A stretch of 64,000 nt of DNA from an uncultured Nitrososphaerota archaeon. Its GTDB lineage: Archaea > Thermoproteota > Methanomethylicia > Culexarchaeales > Culexmicrobiaceae. Shown here one piece after another: positions 17,497 through 26,245 of this stretch. Position numbers and translations under genes: made by a program. The notes beneath the pieces are model-generated. The model was not told the origin of the DNA and searched no databases. It saw only the letters and a list, made by a program, of their open reading frames with translations. Numbering within the stretch: position 1 is the stretch's first letter; each line of letters begins with the position of its first letter. The stretch spans positions 132,910 through 196,909 of the forward strand of contig CAYWZQ010000001.1 in the NCBI GenBank assembly GCA_964462875.1, in the 5' to 3' direction.

Positions 17497-18186
17497 CTAT
17501 AAGTGATATTGTTAAGCGAATACGTCAAGAAGCCCTTAGAAGAGTTGGCGCAGAAATTCAACAACAAATACATGCTGCAAGAAACTACGTTATGCAGCTG
17601 AGACCAAGATTAGAGAAGAGACTGAAATAATTAGTAGCTATAGAGGTTACGAGAATGTAAGTACTAGGATACACATTACATACTAAACATGTTTATCTTG
17701 AAATTACACTATCATGTAATTAAAGCTTTTAATGTATACTGAAACCTAAGTTATACTGTCACGTAATATAAAACGAACATGAAAACCGCATCCATGCTTT
17801 CTATTCATACAGACACTCATAAAGTGAAATGCTCTGAGCCCACGAATTTATGAAGTTACTGTTTGGATTACTGAAGAACAAATCATCTGATTAAAATATT
17901 TATTACAACTTAGAGATCTTGTAGTAGTAAGGCAAGTATCTTGATTAGTCTAGGGTAACTACTTTCCTAGTTTCCCTGTAGATCTCCAAGTCCTCTCTGA
18001 GTTCTTATTTCTTCTTTAACTGTAGCTTATTAATATTACTTGCTAGGTTTCTCTCTTATGTTCTTCGAAAATAGAGTTTTAAAATCACATGACATATGTT
18101 ATGTTAAGTATATTAAAGAAAAATTTAAAATATGAGAAATAAATTGGGATTAGTTAAGAGAAGAAATTGCTATCGAGGAGGTTTAA

Positions 18187-18678
18187 GTGCCTTTCACACC
18201 TTTACATCTTGGACCTGCACTGGCTATAGGATTGCCCTTGAGAAAGCACATTCATACACCAACATTCATAATAGCCAATATAATCGTAGATATAGAACCT
18301 CTCATAACGCTCATATTTAATCTCAATTATCCCCTCCATGGCTATCTACATACACTTATGGGTGCATTTATCATAGGTTTAATTCTAGGTTACTTAATGC
18401 ACTTGCTAGAACGGGTACTTAGTTTATTATGGAAGAAACTACACTTAGTATGCAAGACATCCCTTAACTTGAAGGCATTCATTATAGCAGGTACTTCTGG
18501 AACCATATTACATGTTCTTATGGACTCACCGCTTTACTACGACATAAAACCCCTATACCCCATACCTATAAATCCATTTTATAATCCCAGGTTAACCGTC
18601 ATAATTTATGAGACATGCATATTCATGGGCATACTAGGACTACTATATTACTTCTACCTAATAATCAAGGGCAGTTAG
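18187..18678 (+). CDS. membrane protein, possibly DUF457-like membrane-bound metal-dependent hydrolase
   Basis: MPFTPLHLGPALAIGL..., several conserved His (HGYLHTLMG), 4-5 TM helices. Confidence 0.3.
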   Translation: MPFTPLHLGPALAIGLPLRKHIHTPTFIIANIIVDIEPLITLIFNLNYPLHGYLHTLMGAFIIGLILGYLMHLLERVLSLLWKKLHLVCKTSLNLKAFIIAGTSGTILHVLMDSPLYYDIKPLYPIPINPFYNPRLTVIIYETCIFMGILGLLYYFYLIIKGS

Positions 18679-18890
18679 GATAAAGTTTTCATATTGCTCA
18701 GCACCATTAAGATATCATTATTCAATTGAAAACCCAATTTTTATCTAACTACACTGAACATGACTTTAGCTATGTGACTATTAGAGTTGCTTAATGGGAT
18801 CTATTACGCTATTATTAATCACGTTAGCTATATTTGTTGGAGCATAGCGCATATAATCGGGGAAAGATATTGGAACTGGAAAGGTTTTTG

Positions 18891-19382
18891 TTAGGGTTCT
18901 ATATCAAAGGAAATTTCGAGGAGTTGTTTTGAAACTCTAAATCTCGTTTTCCTTATTTTGATGCAGCCTATGTATTTTGACGAGCTAGTATGTCGTTTAT
19001 TGCATGCATTTATATTCCATATACTACCATCAGTATCATAGACAATCACTATACTCAGCTCTCTAATATGCTCCGGTACTGGAAATAGATCGTAAATTAT
19101 ATTTCCATAGATCCTCTCAGCCTCATCCCTCGGAAGAACTTTAACTTCAATTTTAAGATCCTCCTCAATCTTCCTATTTGCAAGCTCCTCAATAGCTCTA
19201 ATCTCATCCGATGTTGGTTTTCGATTAAATTTAACAGTTAAGCGACCATGCTTACCATGCACATAAGTACTTGCAGTCCACATAGCATCAGAACCGAGAA
19301 CCTTGACAACAGCACCCTTAAGCACATGCAGAGCCGTATGGGTGCGCACCTCATCAGGATACACATCCACACAGCCAGACAT
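18891..19382 (-). CDS. alaX: alanyl-tRNA editing protein AlaX-S
   Basis: [20 protein letters not shown]...[13 protein letters not shown]...NACNKRHT...IKIRKTRF closely matches Pyrococcus AlaX-S. Start moved to the internal ATG; the track ORF extends to 19502 with an implausible hydrophobic leader. Confidence 0.7.
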   Translation of the reverse strand: MSGCVDVYPDEVRTHTALHVLKGAVVKVLGSDAMWTASTYVHGKHGRLTVKFNRKPTSDEIRAIEELANRKIEEDLKIEVKVLPRDEAERIYGNIIYDLFPVPEHIRELSIVIVYDTDGSIWNINACNKRHTSSSKYIGCIKIRKTRFRVSKQLLEISFDIEP

Positions 19383-19508
19383 AGCTCCACTAACAACGAC
19401 ATACGCTCCTTCAAATAAAAAAGTTTCCAAACCTCTATCAACAGTAAGAAGCATGGAAAGCAAAATTAACAAGTAAAGGAGAATGGCGAGCGCTGATGCC
19501 ATTAAGAT

Positions 19509-20564
19509 CTAATCTTCAACTTCCCGTTGAATACTCAAAGAATATTTATACACTAAATTCCCGTCAATCACATATAAGTCAGCATTATAATCATCAATTC
19601 TCCTCATTAGTACTGGCCTACCTAATCCCTCAGCTATTTTCCTTAAAGCATCAATACCATCAACATCAACCACCATGCTACTAGCCTCATCAATCGGAGA
19701 TCCACCAACCTCAATTAAGTAATCCCTTAAAGGCTTCACTACAGAATCAACAGTCTTCCTAGAAAACTTCCGCCTATCAGAGACGTAAATATAGGTTGCA
19801 GGGGCTAAGCAGAATAGGCCGACTCCTAAAACTACATATGAAATATTAAGCTTATTCCTAACATCTTCATTAATAATAATGCTCTTACCAGTAAGTTGCC
19901 CAGGCGCTCTATGCTCCAAATTTAAAATATTAATTACTCTATCACCAGCACCGTGTCTGAAATTTAACCTCAATGTATGATTAATTGGTAATCTAATCAT
20001 ACCATGCCTTGTAACTGATAAGGCAATTATATTGGCAATTAAAAGTAGATCGTGCTCACCCGAATACACTTCAATTTCATCCTCAATATTCCTGATTAAG
20101 GACAATAATTTACCAATATTAAAAGTAAAGTTCTCATTTATTACTACGGTATTATTACCCTTAACATTAAACTTAGGAGTAGTAAGAATAGTTTTCCTCC
20201 ACTTACCGGGGGATACTATGACCATTTTAAAGCTATAAGTTAATACTGTTGATGCAGGTTCACTAACCCTAAATGTAAAGCTATAATTTACATCAATAGA
20301 CCTAACTATGCTTAGGAAAAGTACTCCCTCGCCGGGGCCGAGCATGCTCGCATTATCATAAATTATGTTAGGAATTAAGTGAGCAACATAATTATACCGA
20401 CTGTAGCCTTCATAAGTACATAAAACACGAACTTTCTCCTCAACAACCGGCTCATTAAACAGCATTACAAGCGAAAACGCTGAAGAAGCTATCAGCGCAA
20501 TTGACAGAAGCAATAGAACTACGAACTTAATTTTATTATTTTTAGATAAAACCATGCACCTCAC
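19509..20564 (-). CDS. bitopic membrane protein (N- and C-terminal TM, extracellular glycosylated domain, cytoplasmic tail) in the TasA/SipW-like locus
   Basis: 351 aa. TM near residues 12-35 and 240-260, many N-x-S/T sequons. Confidence 0.4.
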   Translation of the reverse strand: MRCMVLSKNNKIKFVVLLLLSIALIASSAFSLVMLFNEPVVEEKVRVLCTYEGYSRYNYVAHLIPNIIYDNASMLGPGEGVLFLSIVRSIDVNYSFTFRVSEPASTVLTYSFKMVIVSPGKWRKTILTTPKFNVKGNNTVVINENFTFNIGKLLSLIRNIEDEIEVYSGEHDLLLIANIIALSVTRHGMIRLPINHTLRLNFRHGAGDRVINILNLEHRAPGQLTGKSIIINEDVRNKLNISYVVLGVGLFCLAPATYIYVSDRRKFSRKTVDSVVKPLRDYLIEVGGSPIDEASSMVVDVDGIDALRKIAEGLGRPVLMRRIDDYNADLYVIDGNLVYKYSLSIQREVED

Positions 20565-20624
20565 TCCAAAGATACATGATTAAAGGTAGAAGCAAAATTA
20601 GTATAAAAACTTTATGCAACATTT

Positions 20625-21251
20625 TCAGCCTCCCCCAATATTCCAGCTTGAAGTTTCAATAGTCACTGTGAATTTCAATTGATCAATTGAAGTACAGTTC
20701 TCAAATACAAATTTAAATAGTATTGGAAGCTTGCAATTAGGATCCAAAATTCTGGATATGAATATGCTATATGACGACTCATTTAGTGGAAACCTATATT
20801 TACCATAACTTAAATTGCTACATATCTTTTTAAAGTTAAAGCATTTACAATAACTCGTATAAGCCATATAAATCGTCATATAACCCTCATTTCCACCTAA
20901 AATCAAGTCAAATAATATACATCGAACTCTAATAGGCACAGTCCCTACATTCTTTACAATTAAGTAAAGACAGAAATAATCGCCCTCAGAAACATTATAG
21001 CACTCTACTTGAAGCATTAAATCACCAACCCTATCAACTGAACAATAAAAATTACTATTGCAACAACAGCATTTAGAACATGAATAAGCATTATAACATA
21101 TGATCTTGGAATGGGTTGAACCAACTTTTATTATACCCTGTATTTGCATAAAATCCCTCCAGCAACTATATGCAGCACCATTTATCATCAACACGATGAT
21201 CATGAAGACAAAAATGAGCAATAGTCCACGTTGTCTACCTGATCTACTCAC
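20625..21251 (-). CDS. Cys-rich SipW-cognate-type signal peptide protein (third paralog)
   Basis: Signal region LLLIFVFMIIVLMINGAAYSCWRDFMQIQG aligns with the YAHWSDRVTIQG of its neighbours. Shared KNVGTVP motif. CYNAYSCSKCCCCNSNFYC. Confidence 0.5.
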   Translation of the reverse strand: MSRSGRQRGLLLIFVFMIIVLMINGAAYSCWRDFMQIQGIIKVGSTHSKIICYNAYSCSKCCCCNSNFYCSVDRVGDLMLQVECYNVSEGDYFCLYLIVKNVGTVPIRVRCILFDLILGGNEGYMTIYMAYTSYCKCFNFKKICSNLSYGKYRFPLNESSYSIFISRILDPNCKLPILFKFVFENCTSIDQLKFTVTIETSSWNIGGG

Positions 21252-22507
21252 TTACACCACCTACCGAACTTCCTCCTCATCCTACGAGCATAATAGAAAG
21301 CTATTAGAACAGTTATCGAGGCAATAACTATTGAAAGCAAGTAATAACCATGAATAAAGCTGACAATAAATCCAATGCAGCGCTTCAAGTAAATTGAAAT
21401 CCAACCAATTTTAGGAATAACTAACAGCAACTTCCCCTTTACCTGACTCGGATGAATGGGATTGAAATCAATCACCTTATTAGCATCACCCTTAGTTATA
21501 AAACGACCACCCCTAATCTCCATAACTCTATGTAAGGTCATACCGCCATCCGAGAAATACAAAATTACATCGCCGGGCTTAATTTTGCTAGCTGGAACCT
21601 TAACAACAAGCGCTATATCGCCAACATCCATTGTCGGCCTCATACTACCACTCAAAACAACTGAAGGAAAAACACCAAGCAACCCAGTACTCAACCAAAC
21701 AGCAAAAACAAATGCCAAAACAACCACTATGAAACCAATAGGCCTATCCTTACTCCACCCACCTTTAAACTCAATTCTCAAGCCAGCACGCCTAAGAACA
21801 CTTAATGGAATAGCATTATCAATTACAATTAAACTCACAGTCGGGGCAACTACACCTATGAGCGATTCAAGACCCCAAGTCAAATCAGGGAGTATTGGCG
21901 AAAACCATTGAAACAATTTCAATGGAGCAAGATAAACTATTGAGCCTAATGGACCGGAGATAAAAGCTAAGTATGAAGCAAGCAAGTTAACTGCTAAGTC
22001 AGGAAGATATTTGGAACCTAAAAATTCAACAATTGAAAAGGGCTTAACTGGAGGATAAAGCATGCTTATTAAGGCGAAAGTTCTACTATAAAAAATAGAG
22101 ACAATTAAGATAGCTAAAATAAACTTCCTCTTGCCATAACTCCTCAAAATGCAAGACCTAGAAAATTCACTACCAATAAGAGAAGCTGAAATCATCATCA
22201 AATTGAGAATCACGTTAACTGGAGTTAACACAACTGGACTTCGACCGTACTTTGAAAATAAACCACCATCAATTTGCATTATTATTTGAAATAATGATGC
22301 CATTAAAGCAACTAATAAAACATAATTGTTAAAATTAAGTAGTAACTCTCTAAAATCACAAGACCATAAAGCTATTAAAGCTACACTTATCCAGCAAATG
22401 GATGGGAAAAAGTATGCAAAATATCCAGAAGGCTTATAGAGATACATTAAGATTTGAATTGCAATTAAAGCACAAATTAAAGGGACATTCCTATCCATGG
22501 AAAACAC
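21248..22507 (-). CDS. type I signal peptidase (S26, SipW/archaeal type) fused to an N-terminal polytopic membrane domain
   Basis: C-terminal boxes SGSMRPT, GD, HRV, GDAN. About 270-aa N-terminal multi-TM domain and a C-terminal TM. Confidence 0.6.
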   Translation of the reverse strand: MFSMDRNVPLICALIAIQILMYLYKPSGYFAYFFPSICWISVALIALWSCDFRELLLNFNNYVLLVALMASLFQIIMQIDGGLFSKYGRSPVVLTPVNVILNLMMISASLIGSEFSRSCILRSYGKRKFILAILIVSIFYSRTFALISMLYPPVKPFSIVEFLGSKYLPDLAVNLLASYLAFISGPLGSIVYLAPLKLFQWFSPILPDLTWGLESLIGVVAPTVSLIVIDNAIPLSVLRRAGLRIEFKGGWSKDRPIGFIVVVLAFVFAVWLSTGLLGVFPSVVLSGSMRPTMDVGDIALVVKVPASKIKPGDVILYFSDGGMTLHRVMEIRGGRFITKGDANKVIDFNPIHPSQVKGKLLLVIPKIGWISIYLKRCIGFIVSFIHGYYLLSIVIASITVLIAFYYARRMRRKFGRWCK

Positions 22508-22571
22508 CCCAATGGTGTTTAATGTAAAAAATAGGGAAAATAGAGGGTACTCTAAGCATCGGCTAACACTC

Positions 22572-23270
22572 CTATGCCTTATTCCACTGAACCGCCACTA
22601 CTTCAACGTATATCTTGTATGTATGGCACTCTTCTGCTTCCTGGTAGAATTCTAAGTCAATTTCACACTTATGAGTACGACACGGGTCGATCTGGTATGG
22701 CAGCTGATTTGTAACTTCAAGCCATATAACGGGTATATCAATACCTATATCGACAACTCCATTACCATTTACGTCCTCGTATAGATCCCCTATGTAATCT
22801 CCATCGGGATCATACCATAGCAATCTATATATCAAGTGACCTGTTGCATTCCTTTTTTCACCAGTTATATTGAAACCCACTAGAGATAGTGGTATTGTTC
22901 CAATATTATGCAACTTAAATGTTGTTCTAACCAAGTATTGTGGATATGCATTATCAACTACAATGACTAGTCTCTTATACCCCTTCTTTCCAGTATGTAC
23001 ATCTGTAATTTCATCTTCATACCAACTACTGCAATTGCCGACATTCTTACCTAGCCATTCCCCTTCATATATCTGTGAATTGTTCCAATAATACTCTATG
23101 CTATGTGGAGGCTCAACCCAATCGAATGCAAGAGTCAGACTTCCCATTTCAGCTGTACCTTGAATAGTAACTCTATCACTCCAGTGAGCGTAGGTAACGC
23201 CGATCACAGAGAGCACCATTATTAAAAGTAAAGAAAGGATGCCAGATTTTCGAGCGTTCATGTTCATCAC
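22572..23270 (-). CDS. TasA/camelysin-like secreted protein with SipW-cognate-class signal peptide
   Basis: ILSLLLIMVLSVIGVTYAHWSD. KLHNIGTIPLS motif. C-terminal ECHTYKIYVEVVAVQWNKA shared with the paralog. Confidence 0.55.
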   Translation of the reverse strand: MMNMNARKSGILSLLLIMVLSVIGVTYAHWSDRVTIQGTAEMGSLTLAFDWVEPPHSIEYYWNNSQIYEGEWLGKNVGNCSSWYEDEITDVHTGKKGYKRLVIVVDNAYPQYLVRTTFKLHNIGTIPLSLVGFNITGEKRNATGHLIYRLLWYDPDGDYIGDLYEDVNGNGVVDIGIDIPVIWLEVTNQLPYQIDPCRTHKCEIDLEFYQEAEECHTYKIYVEVVAVQWNKA

Positions 23271-23285
23271 CAGCCACTAGCCCGT

Positions 23286-23969
23286 CTATGCCTTATTCCA
23301 CTGTACGAAATCAAGCACCAAGCTGAATGTGTAAGTATGACACTCTTCTGCAGTTTGCTTGAAGTCTATGTCAACAACTACTGGATACTCATGGCATGGC
23401 TCAAGCTGCCAATCCTCCGGTACATAGGCAACTATCCTCACATTCATTACTTCTCCTGCTGGATCAACTAGTGCACCCTCAATTATCCATGCACCTATAG
23501 TATCGTTGTAGACCTCTATATCTACTCTAAAGGATAGATCCTCACCATCAGTTTCATCAAAACCAGAGAACGTAGTATTAACCAGTACTGCAGGTATCGT
23601 ACCAGCATTCTTCAATATAAACTCAATGTGTACATCCCATTGTGGATAAGCATTTTCAAATAACATAGTCAATTTCTTAGCAACCGTCTGTGGTGGTGTG
23701 TGATGCGTACTAGTCTCAAAATCGCTTAATGTAATAGTTGCATTTGCAACCCAAGGCTTGGATGGAGTGAAATCTTCTTCAGGAACACCATTAGTTGTCT
23801 CATAGTAAGTTAGTGAATCATTTAGAATACCTACTATAAGCTCGCCCATGTGAACGGTTCCCTCAATGGTGACAGTATCGCTCCAGTGAGCATAGGTTAC
23901 TCCGAGTACTGTTAGAGCAATTATTAGTAGTCCAAATGTGCTAAATAGACTCTTACTATTCAATATCAT
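23286..23969 (-). CDS. TasA/camelysin-like secreted protein with SipW-cognate-class signal peptide (paralog)
   Basis: LLIIALTVLGVTYAHWSD. ILKNAGTIPAVLV. C-terminal ECHTYTFSLVLDFVQWNKA. Confidence 0.55.
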   Translation of the reverse strand: MILNSKSLFSTFGLLIIALTVLGVTYAHWSDTVTIEGTVHMGELIVGILNDSLTYYETTNGVPEEDFTPSKPWVANATITLSDFETSTHHTPPQTVAKKLTMLFENAYPQWDVHIEFILKNAGTIPAVLVNTTFSGFDETDGEDLSFRVDIEVYNDTIGAWIIEGALVDPAGEVMNVRIVAYVPEDWQLEPCHEYPVVVDIDFKQTAEECHTYTFSLVLDFVQWNKA

Positions 23970-24144
23970 ATCACCTCTTATGTTCGGGCTATCATCGCCC
24001 AGGACCTACTGATCCTAGGCTTTAACGGGGGCTCCCGCTTAGTCCCCCGTGCAGGTTAGAATATGAAAATTTATTATGATTATAGATTTCGAATCAATTG
24101 ACCTGAAAATAAACCAATTGGACTAAAATATATAAAAATAAATT

Positions 24145-24492
24145 TCATTGAGGCCGCTTTAATTGCAATCGAATTAGAAGGGAATCCAGCTTTTTAAAGT
24201 CATCACTTAATCTGTATAATTTAATTTTCCTGTCACTCATGATTGAGTACTCGATTAATCCGATGTCTATGAGGTATTGGAGTTTATCTGCTGTTTTTGA
24301 ATATGATAGGCCTACTCTTCTTGCCAGCCTTCTTAAAGTTATTTCCTTACTTTTACATATTTCAACTACTATTTTAAATAGTAAGTCTTCATTGAAAACT
24401 CTTTTTGTAAGCTCCATTAGTAGTAGGGTTCGAGCATCAATTTCCCGTGAACTTAGCTCATTTATATTATGATCGGAGGGCTCGATTTTCAA
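24145..24492 (-). CDS. winged helix-turn-helix transcription regulator
   Basis: ITLRRLARRVGLSYSKTADKLQYLIDIGLIEY. Paralog of 24586..24867. Confidence 0.5.
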   Translation of the reverse strand: MKIEPSDHNINELSSREIDARTLLLMELTKRVFNEDLLFKIVVEICKSKEITLRRLARRVGLSYSKTADKLQYLIDIGLIEYSIMSDRKIKLYRLSDDFKKLDSLLIRLQLKRPQ

Positions 24493-24585
24493 TTTTTATC
24501 AAAACTAAATATTCGAATGCTTACGTTATTTAGTTCCGCTCCATTTGGGATATTATCAGACCATTTGGATGAGTGACTTATAAAC

Positions 24586-24867
24586 TCATGTTAGAATATC
24601 CCTAAGTTTTTGATATTTCTTTGAAAGTCTATAAACTTTTACCCTAGGACTTGCATAGAAATATTCCACAACTCCCTTCTCAACTAGGAAATCGAGATGC
24701 TTAGCTAAATTTGAATGCGAAATTCCCACTTTTCTAGCAAGCTCTCTTAAGCTTGCACCCTCAATTTTACATAATTCAACTATTATTCTAAATTTCACAT
24801 TATCCTTATACGTTTGCTTTAAAAATTCGACAAGCATATTTTCATAATTATGTAAATTAGAAGGCAA
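24586..24867 (-). CDS. winged helix-turn-helix transcription regulator (paralog)
   Basis: ASLRELARKVGISHSNLAKHLDFLVEKGVVEY. Confidence 0.5.
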   Translation of the reverse strand: MPSNLHNYENMLVEFLKQTYKDNVKFRIIVELCKIEGASLRELARKVGISHSNLAKHLDFLVEKGVVEYFYASPRVKVYRLSKKYQKLRDILT

Positions 24868-25210
24868 TAATGCACCTCCAAACTTTATTCAACCTGCGAA
24901 ATACTCGTACTTAAAAGGTTTATCTCTTATTACATATATATTTTTGACTAAATTTTTTCAAAAAATTTATGATAGCGAATTTAAAATTGTATAGTTTTTC
25001 ACCTAAACCATCAAGGCGCACTAATAGCCGCTCAGTGGAAATATTTGAATCCTTAGCTTTACTTCATATATTTCGTGAATTTTCATGAATTCTTGTCAGT
25101 TGCGAGAAGATTCTTCATCTTTAATCCAGAGACCGTCGTTTCATCATCCATTTAGTATAGTGGTTTGACACTTAATTTAAAATTTGCTTTTTCTCATCAA
25201 TTAATAGCTA

Positions 25211-26245
25211 TTGATGGGAGATGAAGTTGAATTGAAGTTTTTACTTATAACCTTGCCGGGACTTGAGAAGGCTATTGAAATTGAATTGAGTAGATTTGGG
25301 TTTAATGGGGAAGTGATTTCAAGAGCTAGAGCTGTTGGGGAGCTTAATGAACCAGAGAAATTGCGGACTATTGAATCTTATGCTGAAATTCTCGCTGAAG
25401 ATACTGTTAGGGATGAATCTAGAAGGGGGATTCGACTTTTAATTAGGAGAATCTTGATTGAAAATCCTGAAGTTAGAGATGCTATTGAAAATGCTAGGAC
25501 AGTTACTATTAAAGGCTCAGTGTACTGTAGATTAAAGTGCCTAGATTATAGAATGCTTGAATTAATTGCAGCTAGAGAAATTACTAGGGTTTTTAGGGGT
25601 ATATCAGTTAAGCCGAAAATGGGAGACCTGGTTTTGAGGGTTGAAATTCTAAATAATAAGCTAATAATTGCTAAGGAATTGAAATCTAGGCTTCATGAAA
25701 GAGGCTATACGAGATTCAAGCATCCAGCAATGATCAATCCATTGGCAGCATCATCAATGAGCTTATTAGCTAACATTAGTAGTAGAGACGTAATATTAGA
25801 TCCATTTTGCGGTGCTGGAACTATACCAATAGAAGCGAACTTGACATGTGGATGCGAGGCACATGGATCCGACTTAAATAGGGAATACATTAAGGGGGCA
25901 GTAATTAACTCTAAAGAAGCCAATGTGAGAAGTGGAACATGCTTCTTCATATCATCAATTAAAGACCTCAGCGTAAGAAATGCATATAATGCATTGATAA
26001 CTGATCCGCCGAGGGGCATTAGACTTAAAGTCGATAGCCTCAAAGCAATATATAGGTACCTAATTGAAGCCGCGGGCAAAGCATTATTGGATAAAGGTAA
26101 ACTGATCGTGAGTACATTAAATAGGAATGCCAAATTACTAATTAGAATAGCTGAAATGACTGGAAAATTCAACCTCACAAGTAAAGTAGATTATGTGCAG
26201 GGAGGATACTTCTGCTCAATAATAATCCTCGAATTCACATCCTAG
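25211..26245 (+). CDS. THUMP-domain tRNA (guanine-N2) methyltransferase, Trm14/TrmN-like
   Basis: THUMP N-terminal region. SAM-MTase motifs DPFCGAGTIP and LITDPPRG. Confidence 0.6.
   Translation: MMGDEVELKFLLITLPGLEKAIEIELSRFGFNGEVISRARAVGELNEPEKLRTIESYAEILAEDTVRDESRRGIRLLIRRILIENPEVRDAIENARTVTIKGSVYCRLKCLDYRMLELIAAREITRVFRGISVKPKMGDLVLRVEILNNKLIIAKELKSRLHERGYTRFKHPAMINPLAASSMSLLANISSRDVILDPFCGAGTIPIEANLTCGCEAHGSDLNREYIKGAVINSKEANVRSGTCFFISSIKDLSVRNAYNALITDPPRGIRLKVDSLKAIYRYLIEAAGKALLDKGKLIVSTLNRNAKLLIRIAEMTGKFNLTSKVDYVQGGYFCSIIILEFTS

Noticed and set aside
19383-19502. 40-aa hydrophobic N-terminal extension of the AlaX-S ORF in the track
   Set aside because: Alignment with archaeal AlaX-S proteins starts at the internal Met ([19 protein letters not shown]). 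The extension is probably an artifact of taking the most upstream start.
25705-26178. 157-aa ORF antisense inside the Trm14-like gene
   Set aside because: It lies entirely within a confidently identified sense gene and has low-complexity hydrophobic composition.
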